Assembly (NCBI RefSeq): GCF_041956535.1
Contig: NW_027192195.1
Location: forward strand, 1,003,762 to 1,067,761
Direction of reading: 5' to 3'
Source: Calcarisporiella thermophila CBS 279.70
Taxonomy: Eukaryota; Fungi; Calcarisporiellomycota
DNA length: 64,000 bases
Positions 50,158-63,266 of this stretch are shown piece by piece. A model generated the notes under the pieces. The model was not told where the DNA came from. It made no database searches and saw only the letters and a list, made by a program, of their open reading frames with translations. The stretch's first letter is position 1, and every line of letters starts with the position of its first letter. The translations under genes and the position numbers were made by a program.

Positions 50158-52125
50158 AGGAGGGCAAGCTTTCCCTTTCCCCCTCCTCCCCCACAAATTT
50201 CCAAAACCAAGCCTTTCTATGTATAGAATCTTTCTTAAAGCCGCCGTCTACGGAAGAGGAAAAAGTTGGAGAAGGAAAAAAAAAATAGTTATATGCCATA
50301 GGAAAACTACCCAAAATCTCCCCATGTATGGAGGTGCAGATGCACCTGTTCTGTGACTTTGTTCTCTCTTTTTTTGTACGGTTGGACTTTCTCTCGTTCT
50401 TTTATTGTCAGTGCTTTAGTTCTATTCTTATTTTGTAAGGGGGCAGATCGGTGCTTCCTGGTAGCTTAGTAAACATTTTCAATTGGAAGCTGGAGAAGCT
50501 GGGCCGCCAGACAGAGAAAACAAAAGAGCGGGAGAAAAAGGGAAGCCCGCAGGCGGAAACCCCTCGGGGCACAAGCACCGCAGGGGGGCGATGGTGCATG
50601 CCTTGCAGCGAGGGCAGCCGCTGGCCGGGGGCGAGCTGGGACGGTGGAGGAGAGGAGGGGTGGGGCGGCGGAGGATCGATCGCGGCCCAAATAGAGTTTG
50701 ACGTTCCATTCACAAACGCACGGGGGCGTCTGAAGGCAGGCGGCGAGGGGGAAAAAGGCCGAGCTCGCGCCAAAAGCGGGCCGCCGGCAGAGAGGACAGA
50801 GGGCGGATGATTCGCCTTGCAGCGGGCCGCAGCTTCCTCTTTCTCTCCCCCTTCAGCCCAAGCTGCAGCGTCAGGGCGGATTTGGCGCGGGATTTTCCTC
50901 AGCGCCCATTGGCAAACCGGACCCCCGCTTGCCCCCTCTCCTCGAATCGGTCGATCCCTGCCCCCTCCCTCCTTCCTATTCCGAGCCCCGGCGCAGCTCG
51001 GCTTCTCACGCACAAGACCACACCTCCACCGGGGGGGAGGCGGCCCACAAGCCTGGGCGAGGGCTGGGCGACCGTTGCAAGCGAGGGTGCCGAGCGCACC
51101 GCGGGCTCGGGCCGGGGCTGGACAGCGCAAGACGATCGTGGGAAAGGAAAAAAAAAAGCCTAACTTTGCCCGAGGGAGAGAGGGGAGGGCGAGATGAAGG
51201 CCGTCTGATCCGAGGCTGACTGAGGCAACTGCCCGTCTCAGCGGGCCCTGGGCCTCTGCTTCGTGGAGGGGCGAGGGCCGCCCCAACCTTCTCTACGGTT
51301 GGCTGCGGGAAAAAAGAATCCGCAAAGCGTCGAGCGCGCAAGCACATTGGGCCCGGCGCTGCTATGCAAGGCTGAAGCCTTTTTTTTTCCGCAGACGTGT
51401 CTCCTCTTTCTGCATGCACGGAGTAGAGCAAGTTTAGAATTCTGCGCTGAATTTTCTTTTCCGCCGGGTCAGGATGGGATTACGTGAGTTTTTTTTTTTC
51501 TCACTCTCGCCCGCGTCTGATTTTCAAACTCCCAACTTGCCACCCTAAACTCTCTTTTGCCACTGGCCAGAGGCTTTTTCTGCCCCCCCTTTTCCCCTTT
51601 CGACCGCTCTTCCTGCTCACCAGCTTTTCGCCTTTCTCCCTCCCCCGCGCGTTCTCCCACTTGCTTCCCCCCACGGCCACACCCTTCAGCCAGCGCGCAC
51701 TGTGACGATGCCCAGCCTCTGACGCTTGATGTGATTGGGATAGGCTTGTTCTGATTTTCACGGATTCTCAAAACAAACGGACTCTACCACGCGATTGCTT
51801 CGGATCGCCCCCTAGCCCGGCGACATCCAGCGCTTCTCTCCCCTGCTTATATACCGCCATCGACTTCCACCCATCGCTTTCTAGCTATAGTTGGCCATAT
51901 ACCGCTTCGCCATCGCTATTCTCCCGCGCAGTATATATCGTATATACGTTCCATATATAAATACATATATTTTTGGCTGTCTCGCCTTCCCCTCTTCGCC
52001 TGTGCTTATTTTTTTTTTTTGCCCTTGGTTTATTGTACATATCCTGTTGCTGCCGCTGTCTCCACATATATGTTTTCTTATTCTTCTCTCACATCGACAT
52101 TTCATCTATAAACCCACCTATAAAC

Positions 52126-52182
52126 TGATATATATATCTATATATATATATCTATATACATACATATATATACCTATATATC
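52126..52182. repeat. Imperfect (TA)n tract upstream of the homeobox gene
   Basis: Alternating TA run seen directly. Confidence 0.7.
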
Positions 52183-52328
52183 CATTTCTCGATTTTCTTT
52201 TTCCCCCTCTTTGTTCCACCGTGGCCTTTCCTCAATCGGTCTCTTTTTGATTGCTTTACTCCTGTAGCGACTTCCTGCGCTGTTCTGAGTTTATCTCTTT
52301 GTTATTCCATTTTGCTCTAGTGCTCACT

Positions 52329-54553
52329 ATGGACTTTTCATTTCCAGCTGATGCCTTAGCCCCGCAGGCCACCGTCGCTCCATTCGAGACCGAGGCGCCC
52401 GACGAGCTAAAGGCCAGCACCAACGAGTTCCGCGCCACGTTCTACAACCCCACCGAGGTCAAGCGCCGCCAGCGGCCCTCCAAGTCGCAGCTGCGTGTGC
52501 TCGAGAAATCCTTCCTAGAGAACCCGAAGCCGTCGTCGGCCGCGCGGCGCATCTTGGCCGAGGAGCTGGACATGACCCCGCGCCGGGTCCAAATTTGGTT
52601 CCAGAACCGGCGGGCCAACATCAAGAAGATGCGCGAGGGACGCGGGCGGCGGAGCAGCGGGTCGGAGACGAAGGGGGCGGAGGAGACCGAGTCCACCGAC
52701 GGAGCCGCCGAGGGTGCCGAGCGGGGCGGCGCAAAATCGGAGGGAAGAGCGAGGGAAAGGAGGATGAGGGAATCCGCACGAAGGTGCGAGCAAGAGGGAC
52801 GCGACGGTGAGGAGGAGGGGGTGGAGGAGGAGGATGAGGAGAGAGAGGACGACGAGGAAGCAGTGGCAGTAGTAGGGGGCGACGAGGAGGTGGAGGAGGG
52901 GGAGCTGGAGAAGGGAGGCGAGGCGGAGGGCGAGGAGGAGGAAGAGGCCGCTGCCGGCACAAAATTCGGATTAGACCGCATCGCACTCGTACTCGCATCC
53001 GCATCCACGTCTGCCCCTGGATCCATCCCCGGGGTCAAAGCAGCCGAGAGTGAGGCTGCACGCAGGAAAAAGCGGAAAAGGCGGAGAGACGCACGAGAGA
53101 GTGCAGTGCACTATGAAGCCGAGGAAGGAGGAAGAGGTCTGGAGCCGCATGCGCCGTCGGAGAACTTCGCCGAGAACGTGCAGGGGCTCTACCCGATCGA
53201 GTTGCGCGCCGAGTCGACCGAGGCTTCGTCGCCAGAGATGATTAATGACCTGTGCTGGAGGCCGCAGAATAATGCCGCCGCCGTATGGTCGCCGCCTCCT
53301 CCGGCCCACTCCTCGCCTCCTCCTCCTCTCTCCGCCGTGCCACCCCCCCTGTTTTTTCTCCCTTGGGAGGGGATGACGTACGGGGGTTGGCCGGGCGTGG
53401 AGCCCGAGGAGCAGCGCAGCCCTGACACCACGCCAAAGCCGCCCGCAAGAAGACGGTGCAGTCTTGGAAGCGGGAGCGGTGGAGGGGGCGGGGCAGGGGG
53501 GCCCGCGGCGGTCGGCGGCTGCGGAGGCGGAGGAAGGCGGCGGACCAAATCCGCCATCACGTCGGAGCGGCCGCGAAGGAGAACCCAGCCTCTTCAGCAG
53601 CCTCCGCCCCAGGCGGCAAGCACCGCCGCCGTCCCCATCGACGCCGCGTACCCTCCACCTCCCTCCTCCGCCATCCCCCTCACCTCCGCCGATTTCTACC
53701 CCAACCCGCGCGGCCCCCTGCAGATGCCCTCGCAGCCAGGCCCCCCCGACCCGGCTTCCTTGCAAGAATGCCCCCTCGCCTCGCAGCCTCCTCTTCCCCC
53801 GGTGCATCTCTGGCCTCCCCTCATGCAGCCCGCGGGCCCCGCCCCGTCTCCCTGGATGGATCCCGAGCACTCGGGCACTTTTGCCCAGCACGCTTACAGC
53901 CCCGAGATGTATCAGTCGGCCACCGCGGTGCACTCCGCCACTGCCGCCGCCGCCGCCCCCCACTCTACCCCCATCCCCTCCGACGTGCTCACCGATCACA
54001 TGATGTCCCCGTGTGCGTCGTCCATGACCGATGCGACGACCATCGTGAACGATGCGATGGGCGGTGAAGGCCGGCGCAACTCATGCCCCGACGGGTTCTT
54101 GGAGGAGCTGCTGGGGCTAAGTATCCATCCGGCGACCACGACGGAGCAGAAGATGGTGCTAGCGCCCATCTCAGAGAGTGACCAGGATGTGCTGATGACC
54201 CACGCTGGCTACGTGGTAAGCTATTCCCCCTCCTCCTCTCCCTGGCTCGGCGATGCTGATACATGGACTGATGGCGCACTCTCCCTCCCCCCCTTTGCTC
54301 TCCTTCCCTCCCTTTCCCATAGCCTCTCCGGCGCCGGTTTTCCGTTCCACAGTCCATAGAGCAGCATTTTGCCAGCGTGCGCGATCCCGCCCTGGCCCCT
54401 TCCTTCGTGATCCCACCGTCCAGCTCCGACCTACAGCAAGGAAACCTGGACCAATATGGGGCGGGCGGTCGGGGCCAGTACGTCGACTTCCAGGGACTTA
54501 GCTCGCACCAACTCATTCGGGGCTATAGTTGGGACTCCGTTTTTCAGCATTGA
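52329..54553 (+). CDS. Homeodomain transcription factor (exons 52329-54215, 54323-54553)
   Basis: KRRQRPSKSQLRVLEKSF...RRVQIWFQNRRA. A phase-0 GTAAGC...CATAG intron adds PLRRRFSVP...VFQH*; the unspliced stop would be at 54359. Confidence 0.88.
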
Positions 54554-55358
54554 CACATCGCCCTATGACAGCTATAAATTCCATGGTTATAATACTATCC
54601 CCATCTATCTCTATCCCTTTCTATCCCGCTCTCTTGCCCTTTCCCTCTCCCCTCGCCCCTCTGTTACATAAATATACACATCTTACATATACCATTATGG
54701 TTCCTTTTGGTTTTTTTTTCCTCTGTCCCTCTGTTTATTGTGCCAAACACAAAAAAAGCTCTTTTTTTTTCAGTTGTTGTATATTTCATGAAGAATGCTA
54801 TAAAAATTGCCTACATTTTTTTTTCGTGGGAAATAACCGTAATCTCAGCCCGCTTTTTATTTTTAATTCTGTGAGCATATTGGGAAAAATGCAGGTTTCC
54901 TGGTTTCATTCATAAACTTATTTCCAACGCGGTATGCCTGGGGATGCGGTAGCGATTCCGGGGGGACTATGTGGGCGGGGCAGAGGCAGGAGGGGGGAGG
55001 GATGTGGGAGGAAGAGCAGGGAAGACAGAGGAGGCGCGGCTAGGCCCCCGGATGCGGCCCGCCACCCCTCCCTCCCCCGTCCCCAACCGGCTAAGAAAAT
55101 TGAGGAAATCATGAATTTTGGGTTCATCATTCTCGGCTTGTCTTTTTTGAGCCTCTTTGGATTTGAGGGATTTATGAAAATTATGCCCGATTTTCGGCGG
55201 GATCCTAATTTCCATGGTTTCGTGTGTCTCGTGTGATCCTTAGTTCCCCGCGTTTTTTCTTCCACTTTGAAATACTAGTTCCTTTTTTTATATTTTTTTT
55301 TCCCATCGTATTCACCCCTCCATCCCTCCCCCCCCCCCCTTCCATTCTATCCCATCCA

Positions 55359-57170
55359 ATGTTATCCCTCACAAGACCCCTTGCAAGCCTTGCGCAGCGC
55401 AGTCTGTTGCATTCGCGCGCCGCCGCTGCCACCAAGACCACCACCGCCGCCGCCGCCTTTCGCGCGCGGCGCCCCCTCCCGCCCACACTATACCGCGGCT
55501 TCATTACACATAAGGGTGCCGCGCTCTCCAGCGTTGGGGCCGGGCAGCTCCACCAGCACCAGCACCACCAGCACACGAAAATTGAGGAGGAGCTGCATCA
55601 GAAGGCTCACATCGACTACGACAAGGTCAGCATTATCTGGAATCCATCCGTGCCGGTGCTCATTGAGCATGCGGTGGAGTTCGAGCCTGGGACGGTGCTG
55701 TCGTCGACAGGGGCGCTGTGTACGAGCTCTGGGCACAAGACGGGGCGGTCGCCCAAGGACAAGCGCATCGTGGAGGAGCCCGATTCGGCGGGCGACATCT
55801 GGTGGGGCCCCGTGAACACGAAGCTGTCGGACCACGTGTTCATGATCAACCGGGAGCGCGCGATCGACTACCTCAACACGCGGGACCGGCTCTACGTGTT
55901 CGACGGGTTCGCCGGGTGGGATCCCGAGCACCGCCTGAAGATCCGCGTGGTGAGCTCGCGCGCGTACCACTGCCTCTTCATGCGCAACATGCTGATCCGC
56001 CCCACGGAGAAGGAGCTCGAGAGCTTCGGGGAGCCGGACTTCACGATCTACAACGCGGGCGCGTTCCCCGCCAACCGGTACACCACCGGCATGACGTCCA
56101 CCACGTCCGTGGCCATCGACTTCAAGCGGCGCGAGATGGTCATCCTCGGGACGGAGTACGCGGGCGAGATGAAGAAGGGCGTGTTCACGGTGATGCACTA
56201 CCTGATGCCGAAGGCGGGCGTGCTGTCGCTGCACACCTCCGCGAACGAGGGCCCCAAGGGCGACGTCACGTTGTTCTTCGGCCTGTCGGGCACGGGCAAG
56301 ACCACGCTGTCGGCCGACCCCAACCGCAGCCTCATCGGCGACGATGAGCACTGCTGGTCCGACCGCGGCATCTTCAACATCGAGGGCGGCTGCTACGCCA
56401 AGTGCATCGACCTGTCGCCCGAGAAGGAGCCGCAGATCTACGACGCGATCCGGTTCGGCAGCGTGCTGGAGAACGTGGTGTGCGACCCGGACACCCGCGT
56501 CGTCGACTACACCGACAAGTCCGTGACGGAGAACACGCGCGCCGCCTACCCGATCGAGTACATCCCCAACGCCAAGATCCCGTGCGTGGGCGGGCACCCC
56601 AAGAACATCATCCTGCTGACGTGCGACGCCTTCGGGGTGCTGCCGCCCGTCGCCAAGCTCGACCCCGCCCAGGTGATGTACCACTTCATCTCGGGCTACA
56701 CCGCCAAGATGGCCGGCACGGAGGTGGGCGTGCTCGAGCCCGAGGCCACGTTCAGCGCCTGCTTCGGCCAGCCCTTCCTCGTCTGGCACCCCGCCAAGTA
56801 CGCGCGGATGCTCGCGGAGAAGATGGCCCAGCACAGCGCCGACGCCTGGCTCATCTCCACGGGCTGGACGGGCGGCCCGTACGGGGTCGGGCAGCGCTTC
56901 TCGCTGCGCCACACCCGCGCCATCATCGACGCCATCCACAGCGGCGCGCTCTCCCAGGCCGAGTACGAGCCCTTCCCCGTGTTCAACCTCCAGGTGCCGA
57001 AGGCGTGCCCCGGGGTCCCCAGCGAGATGCTCAACCCGATTCGCGCGTGGAAGGACCAGGGCGCGTTCCAGGCTCAGGTGCGCAAGCTCGCCGGCCTCTT
57101 CTCGAAGAACTTCGAGCGGTACCAGACCGAGGCCTCGCAGGACGTCGTGAACGCGGGGCCAAAGTTCTAA
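55359..57170 (+). CDS. PCK1: Phosphoenolpyruvate carboxykinase (ATP)
   Basis: [17 protein letters not shown]-loop [37 protein letters not shown]. Confidence 0.96.
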   Translation: MLSLTRPLASLAQRSLLHSRAAAATKTTTAAAAFRARRPLPPTLYRGFITHKGAALSSVGAGQLHQHQHHQHTKIEEELHQKAHIDYDKVSIIWNPSVPVLIEHAVEFEPGTVLSSTGALCTSSGHKTGRSPKDKRIVEEPDSAGDIWWGPVNTKLSDHVFMINRERAIDYLNTRDRLYVFDGFAGWDPEHRLKIRVVSSRAYHCLFMRNMLIRPTEKELESFGEPDFTIYNAGAFPANRYTTGMTSTTSVAIDFKRREMVILGTEYAGEMKKGVFTVMHYLMPKAGVLSLHTSANEGPKGDVTLFFGLSGTGKTTLSADPNRSLIGDDEHCWSDRGIFNIEGGCYAKCIDLSPEKEPQIYDAIRFGSVLENVVCDPDTRVVDYTDKSVTENTRAAYPIEYIPNAKIPCVGGHPKNIILLTCDAFGVLPPVAKLDPAQVMYHFISGYTAKMAGTEVGVLEPEATFSACFGQPFLVWHPAKYARMLAEKMAQHSADAWLISTGWTGGPYGVGQRFSLRHTRAIIDAIHSGALSQAEYEPFPVFNLQVPKACPGVPSEMLNPIRAWKDQGAFQAQVRKLAGLFSKNFERYQTEASQDVVNAGPKF

Positions 57171-58097
57171 GTTGGAGGGGCGTGAGCCGGAGGTGACTCG
57201 CCCCCCCCCCCTTTTTTTTGGTTGTCTACCAGCTTGTTTGGCGGATCGCTTGAATGATGGTGTGTTTGTAACTATACGCTTCCTCTAAACGCGCTTCTTT
57301 TCTTCTTCTTCCTTTGTTCGACTCTCAATGGATACAGATTTTGCCTCCTTATTTTTATATATCGGTTTTGAGATATACAGAGGGAAGTGAATGGGGATGC
57401 ATTGTGTTTTATTTTTGAGAAAATCATGTCTTAGTAATAAAGAGCCACTTTATCTTCTTGGTCTCGAGTCTCCATGGAATGCAAGTTACTTTGCCACCTA
57501 GCTGGAAGCTTCTCCACATGACGGTGTCAGTTTCAACCGGACCCAAGTCAAGGCTATCGCAATGGTCTCGTGGTAGGGGAAAGCTTGGGGCAACGGTTTG
57601 GGGGGGGGGGGGAGGGGGGAGGAATTGACGGAAGTTGCCTCGTCGCATACACTTTTCTGCGGACAGATCGATAAGATTCGAATAGACTCCTGTTTAGGGT
57701 TAGGAATTCTGTCCTTTGGCATGCATAAGCAATTGAACCCCGCGTTATCAAATCAATCTAGCGGTAGGGTTATCCTTTGGCAATGATCCCACTAGCGTGG
57801 TAAGGACATCCGTTAGAAAATGGACAAAAAAACATTGCCGCCCTTCCTTCCATTTATCTTTGTTATATAGTTATATAGTTATATAGTCGTGTTTTATTTT
57901 TTTTATTATTTTTTTTGGTCTTGAAATCAGGATGTAGATTAGGAGAGAGATGCTGCGCCGCTTGGAAAGTCACGGAGTAGCAAGGCCTTGGGTTTTCTTG
58001 TCCCTTGGCAAACCTCCCATGATCTAGTTGAAATCCTGCCTCCTCTCACACTCACCCCCCTCTTATATTGTTAGTTATAGATCATCATTAATCTTGT

Positions 58098-59755
58098 ATG
58101 GGCGCTGCACTCAGTTTCATGGGATTTGGCGCGGCCACGTCGGTGGTGACGTGGGCTGCAGCCTGCTTCTCGGGCGCTGCCTGCTCGCTCTTCACCAAGT
58201 CTTGCAACTGCAATAACTCGGTTGCGACCCGCGTAGGCTATGCCATCCTATTTCTTCTCAATTCAATGGTGAGGATCATCTTTCAGTTTGGCCCCGGCGA
58301 TGCACAATACAGATAGGAGCAAGACATCGGATGCTAATGGGTTCTTTTTATATTAATCATGTTTAGCTGGCCTGGATCATGACATCGGACTGGGCCATCA
58401 AACAACTCCAACATATTACATACGATTATCTCAAGCTCAATTGCCCATCGGGCGAATGCTATGGGCTCCTTGCGGTGCATCGCGTCTGCTTTGCCCTTAC
58501 ACTGTTCCATACCATTCTCGCCTGCATCCTGATTGGGGTGCATGACAGCCGGAATAAGCGGGCTGCGATCCAGAACGGGTGGTGGGGTCCCAAGGTCCTC
58601 GCCTGGCTCTCGCTACTTGTGGTCACGTTCTTCATCCCGCACGGATTCTTCAGCTTCTGGGGAAAATATGTGGCGCTGATCGGGGCGGCGGTGTTCATCC
58701 TATTCGGGCTGATTTTGCTGGTCGACTTTGCGCACACCTGGACGGAGGGGTGCCTGGAGCGGTGGGAGATGGCCGAGAGCAACTTCTGGAAATATGTGCT
58801 CATCGGCGGCACCTTGTTCATGTACCTTGGCGCCATCACGCTCACCGGCCTCATGTATGGGTTCTTCGCGGGGAGCGGGTGCCGGCTGAACCAGTTCTTC
58901 ATCAGCCTGAACCTCGTCTTCGCGATCCTCCTCACCGCCATGAGCGTCTTGCCCGCGGTGCAGGAGGTGAATCCGCGCTCGGGGCTGTCCCAGTCGGCGA
59001 TCGTGATCATCTACTGCACCTACCTCGTGCTGAGCGCGGTGGTGAACGAGCCCAAGGACCCGAATGGGGGGTGCAACGGCTTTGACCAGCTGCATGGGTC
59101 GCGCACGACCTCCATCGTGCTCGGGGCGGTGTTCACGTTCCTGGCGATAGCGTACTCGACCTCGCGCGCGGCCACGCAGGGCAAGGCCCTCATCAGCTCG
59201 CCGTCTGGGGAGTACCAGCAGGTGGCGCAGGACAACGTGCCGCTGGTGAACAACCAGCAGCCCAGCGGCGTGAACGCGCGGCACGACGCCCTGGTGGCCG
59301 CGGTGGAGCGCGGGGCCCTGCCGGCCTCCGCCCTGCACGACGACGACGATGACGAGGACGAAACCGACGTGAAGGACGACGAGAAGCAAGGGTGCGCGTA
59401 CAACTACTCCTTCTTCCACGGGATTTTCGCCATTGCGGCGATGTACGTGGCCATGCTGCTCACCAACTGGAACACCCTCGAGAGCGGCACGGAGGAGGAC
59501 CTGGTGCGCGTGGGCCAGAGCTACGCGGCCATGTGGGTCAAGGTGGTGTCGAGCTGGATCTGCGTGGGGCTGTATGGGTGGACGCTGGTGGCGCCTCTGG
59601 TGATGCCCGACCGATTTTTGGTAAGTTGAAATGGAAATCGAGCCGTTGGCGTCTCCCTCTTTTCCACCCCTCACTATAAAGCTGTAGAAGATACCCTTGC
59701 TGACCTCTTTCTTTCTCTCTCCCCCCCAACTTTTTCGGTGCAGGAGTACTATTGA
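58098..59755 (+). CDS. TMS1: Serine incorporator / Tms1 membrane protein (exons 58098-58268, 58367-59620, probably 59744-59755)
   Basis: NSVATRVGYA, RAAIQNGWW, LLVDFAHTW, YNYSFFH, WTLVAPLVMPDRF. If the last intron is not used, the stop is at 59629. Confidence 0.92.
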
Positions 59756-60490
59756 ACCCGCGGTTGTCTCTCGTAGCTATTTCCGCAAGAATGGAGGACT
59801 CTTTTGTAAACCTTGAACCCCCTCTTCTCAGCACGTGTAGTTTTCTTTTTGTCCTATTTTTCATCTCTTTTCCCCCCTTGTAATACCTGCATGCCTATTG
59901 AAATTTATAAAGCGTTGAGCCACAGCACTCATCAAGGCGTAGCCCAGTCTCTATGTGGTGTGGAAGAGAGAGTTCTTAGGTGGGGGAGAGTGTAGATGGT
60001 TTGATCCCCTGACTGGGAATTCCCCTCCCTCAACCCTTCCTCCTCTCCCCTCATTGCTGCCCTTGTACTATTAAGTGGCATGCCAGAAAGTCAGGGAGAG
60101 CGAGTGAGGATGCCAGTAGGGTCTATTTGAAAAGTCCGTTGGACTGATCGGTAACGAAAATAATCCTCCCGTTCATAAGTATTAAAATGGAATAAGCGCA
60201 TTTTGAAATTGACTCCGAAATCAGGCATGTCATTGCCAATGTGCACTCCTCGCCGACCTCTTCATGGGAACAGCAGCCGGTTGGAACCTGTGGCCCATGA
60301 TCGCCATTGTATTACCGTTGCTTTGATGAATGCTCCATGTCGCCTCATCCGCTTCTTCCTGGTGGAGTCTCGAATGTGATGGTGAGCGAGAGTAGAAATG
60401 AAAACAGATTTATTATGTGACAAAGAACCTTGGGCCGGCCCCAATAGAATAGTAACAAACAAGATAAAAAATGAAAATGCGCAGACGTCT

Positions 60491-63266
60491 TCACTCGTCT
60501 TCATTGTCGTGGAACGCGTCCTCTAAGGCCACATCACTATCCGCCTTTTCCTCCGTACTCTCTTCCTCTCCGTCTCCATCGTTTGTCTCGTCATGGCTCT
60601 CCCCATTGCAGCCCGAATTTTTTGATCGTCCCCGCCCACTCGAATTTTCTCCTCTCGACACTCCCTCTTCTAACTCTTCGTCATCGTCATCGTCGTCGTC
60701 GTCGTCATCCTCTTCGCCTCCTCGCTGTCTTTGGTTACTCCGACGCGAAAAGAAATTCGCTAACTCCCGCACTTCATCGATACCGATGAACATGGCTTCA
60801 TCCTCGTCCGATGAATCCGATGCATTGAGGTTATGCCACTCGAGCCCATCATTTTCTTCCTGGGCAAGCAGCATGTCGAAGAGCGCAAGTGTTCGTACAT
60901 CTTCTCCCGAAGTCTCTCCCTCATCCGATGGAGGTGATTCATCGCCCATGAACATAATGAGGGGATTGAGAATACTATGGCGCATCTCGCGATTGGCGGG
61001 GAACCGCTGCCGAACATGGGCGGAGGAAGTGGAGGAGGAGGTTTCATCTAAAGTAAAGTCCAGTTGGGATGAAATGGAGCAAGAGAAGGATAAAAAAATG
61101 GGAAATTACCTTCATTCCCAAAGGGGAATATGGAATGCACCTTGATGATTTTTTCGACACCTAAGCGTATCCAAAATCAAGCAGTCAGTATCGCGGTGAA
61201 CAAAACCAAAGCTTTGGAGGATGGGGGGATATAGAAAATAAAAGAGGATTTTACCACTTGAGAACAATAGGGGAAGGTGCGGGTGCCATCGGACTTGGTT
61301 CACCACCGATCGATGCCCTGTTAAAACGGCAGAAAGAGAACCATGAGGCGCTTCTCAACTCCAACTCGCCACGGAGGAGCCACTCACCTGACAACACAAA
61401 GGCCGGGTCGCCCACGTTGACGGGATGGTAGACCGATGTTTTGTCCGTGCTCTCATCCTTCCCCATGTACAGCACCTTGTCCACGGGGGGTCTTACAAAT
61501 AGGTCGGCGGAGGAAGACGAGTGCGCATCGGAAGTAAACGTGGGCATCTCATCGAGCGACCGTGCGGGCCCGAGCAATTCAGGGACATTCCACGCATAGA
61601 TTCTGAAATCATCGCTGCCACTGAGGAAGTACTCGTCGTCAGGACCGCCGAAATTTCCGTGCTACCGAGGGGGAATTAAAGGGCGCATGGATGCCTTTCG
61701 GGGTATTGCTCTGCTTACCTTGACGGTGCAGCTATTCTTGTACCCGTGCTTCCTGCTCATGGGACTCGAGAATATACATACCGGAGCGGGATCATTTGTG
61801 TTGTAGAGGGTGGGCTGAAATCGGTGGAGGCTAGCACACAGCCGTTTGCCGTCACGCGAAAAGCTCACCGAGGATACATCGGGAATCGTATACTGGTTGT
61901 TGTGAACGAGTTTGGTTGCATACTAAAGATGGAGAGGGAACAAAATTATAATTATAGGTAAGTAGGCGGCGGCGGATTCGCTCTGACTGGCGGATCAGCT
62001 GCACACTCACTCTCACGAGAATGCTCGAGTCGTCGTCTCGTGTGGGCCGCCTTGCCCTATTCTTCTTGAAGGACATCCGCAGATCTCGCAGCCTACCAGG
62101 CAGAAATTCAGCAACCAACTCATTCACATCTCCAGATAGACACACGCATTACAAGATCTGGCCTTTTGCATCGCACGACACAAAGTGATTCGGGATGGTG
62201 GGATTAAACTGCACCCCGCACATTTCTGCCCCAAACCCGCGATACCGGTTGTAAAGGGTGTCCTGGCACATACTAGAGGAACAACGCAAATCCCAGAGTT
62301 TGATGGTACCTGTACGAGCCGGGGGAAGTGGAGGTATAAGTATCCACGTGCATATGATGTGGAGAACTGAAATATTCATTTACCATCCTGACTGTGGGAT
62401 CAGGGATCGCCGGCAAAAAAATAAGTTGGTCAATACCATCTCTATACCGGAGAAGGAGCATAGGAAGTAGGAGTTTACCTGGCCGAGAGTAAGATGTCAT
62501 CATTGTCCGGCGATATGCTCACTTCTTGTACCGACGCTTCGTGCTCCATCAAGACCTCGTTGGGGGTGGCCGCACCCTCAAGATCATAGCGAAGAATGAG
62601 GCCATCGTTGCCACAAGATATGATATGCCGATTGCTATTATCGAAAACAATGCAGAATATGATGCTCTATCGTTTCCGATTAGAGAAAGATGAGAATTAA
62701 GAGTGGAGCCCCGGTGAGCAAAAATGATGAAAGGCTCATTTCAATGTAATCATAGTCACCTGATGCCCACGAAAATGCTTAATCGGCTTGGCATTGGAGA
62801 GATCGCCATACATGTCCCAGAGCAAGCAGCGCTTATCTAACGGAGGAGAAGAAGGTGTAAGGTGTAAGGTCCAAGCAAGGTGATTCTGGAGAACAATGAT
62901 TAATAGGAACCATCTCCGCCAGACACCAGAAATTTCGCGTCTCCATGACTGAATCTATACGCGATAAACGGAATTAATGCATTTGAGGGAGAGCAGAGGC
63001 ACTGAGCACAAGAGTAACCCACCCAAGGGTGTTCACACAGGAGTAGTGGCCCTTCATGTCCCTGCCAAATGAGATCAATAGAGAAATCATCAGAATCACG
63101 GCACTCCATGATTAGCCAAGAAGACGAAGAAGGACACTTGCCGCCAGTGCTTAAACGGGCCGGAGTCGTGGATGAGGGCCTTGTAGACATGTTTGGTGGG
63201 CACGGAGTCGAGAGTTCGCCTGTGGATCAGGCCTGGGATTTCGAGTCGTCGCCGCTTATTTGACAT
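60491..63266 (-). CDS. WD40 protein of the DCAF5/WDR22 type, multi-exon
   Basis: RDMKGHYSCVNTL, FLVSGGD|DKRCLLW, GYKNSCTVK, EYFLSGSDDFRIYAW, VNQVRWHP, VEKIIKV, acidic tail. Confidence 0.82.

Noticed and set aside
48596-50314. 572-aa antisense ORF over SHMT; likewise 55488-56939, 58700-59674, 46126-47064 and 52971-53999
   Set aside because: Shadow ORFs produced by extreme GC3 on the coding strand; no independent motifs.
57600-57704. G-run (possible G-quadruplex) and TTTAGGGTTAGG
   Set aside because: Poly-G/poly-C tracts are common across the GC-rich half, and two telomere-like units are too few to call an interstitial telomere.
62837-62912. U12-type intron in the DCAF5-like gene (GTTCCT donor, CCTTACAC repeats)
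   Set aside because: Does not match the RTATCCTT donor or CCTTAAC branch consensus.
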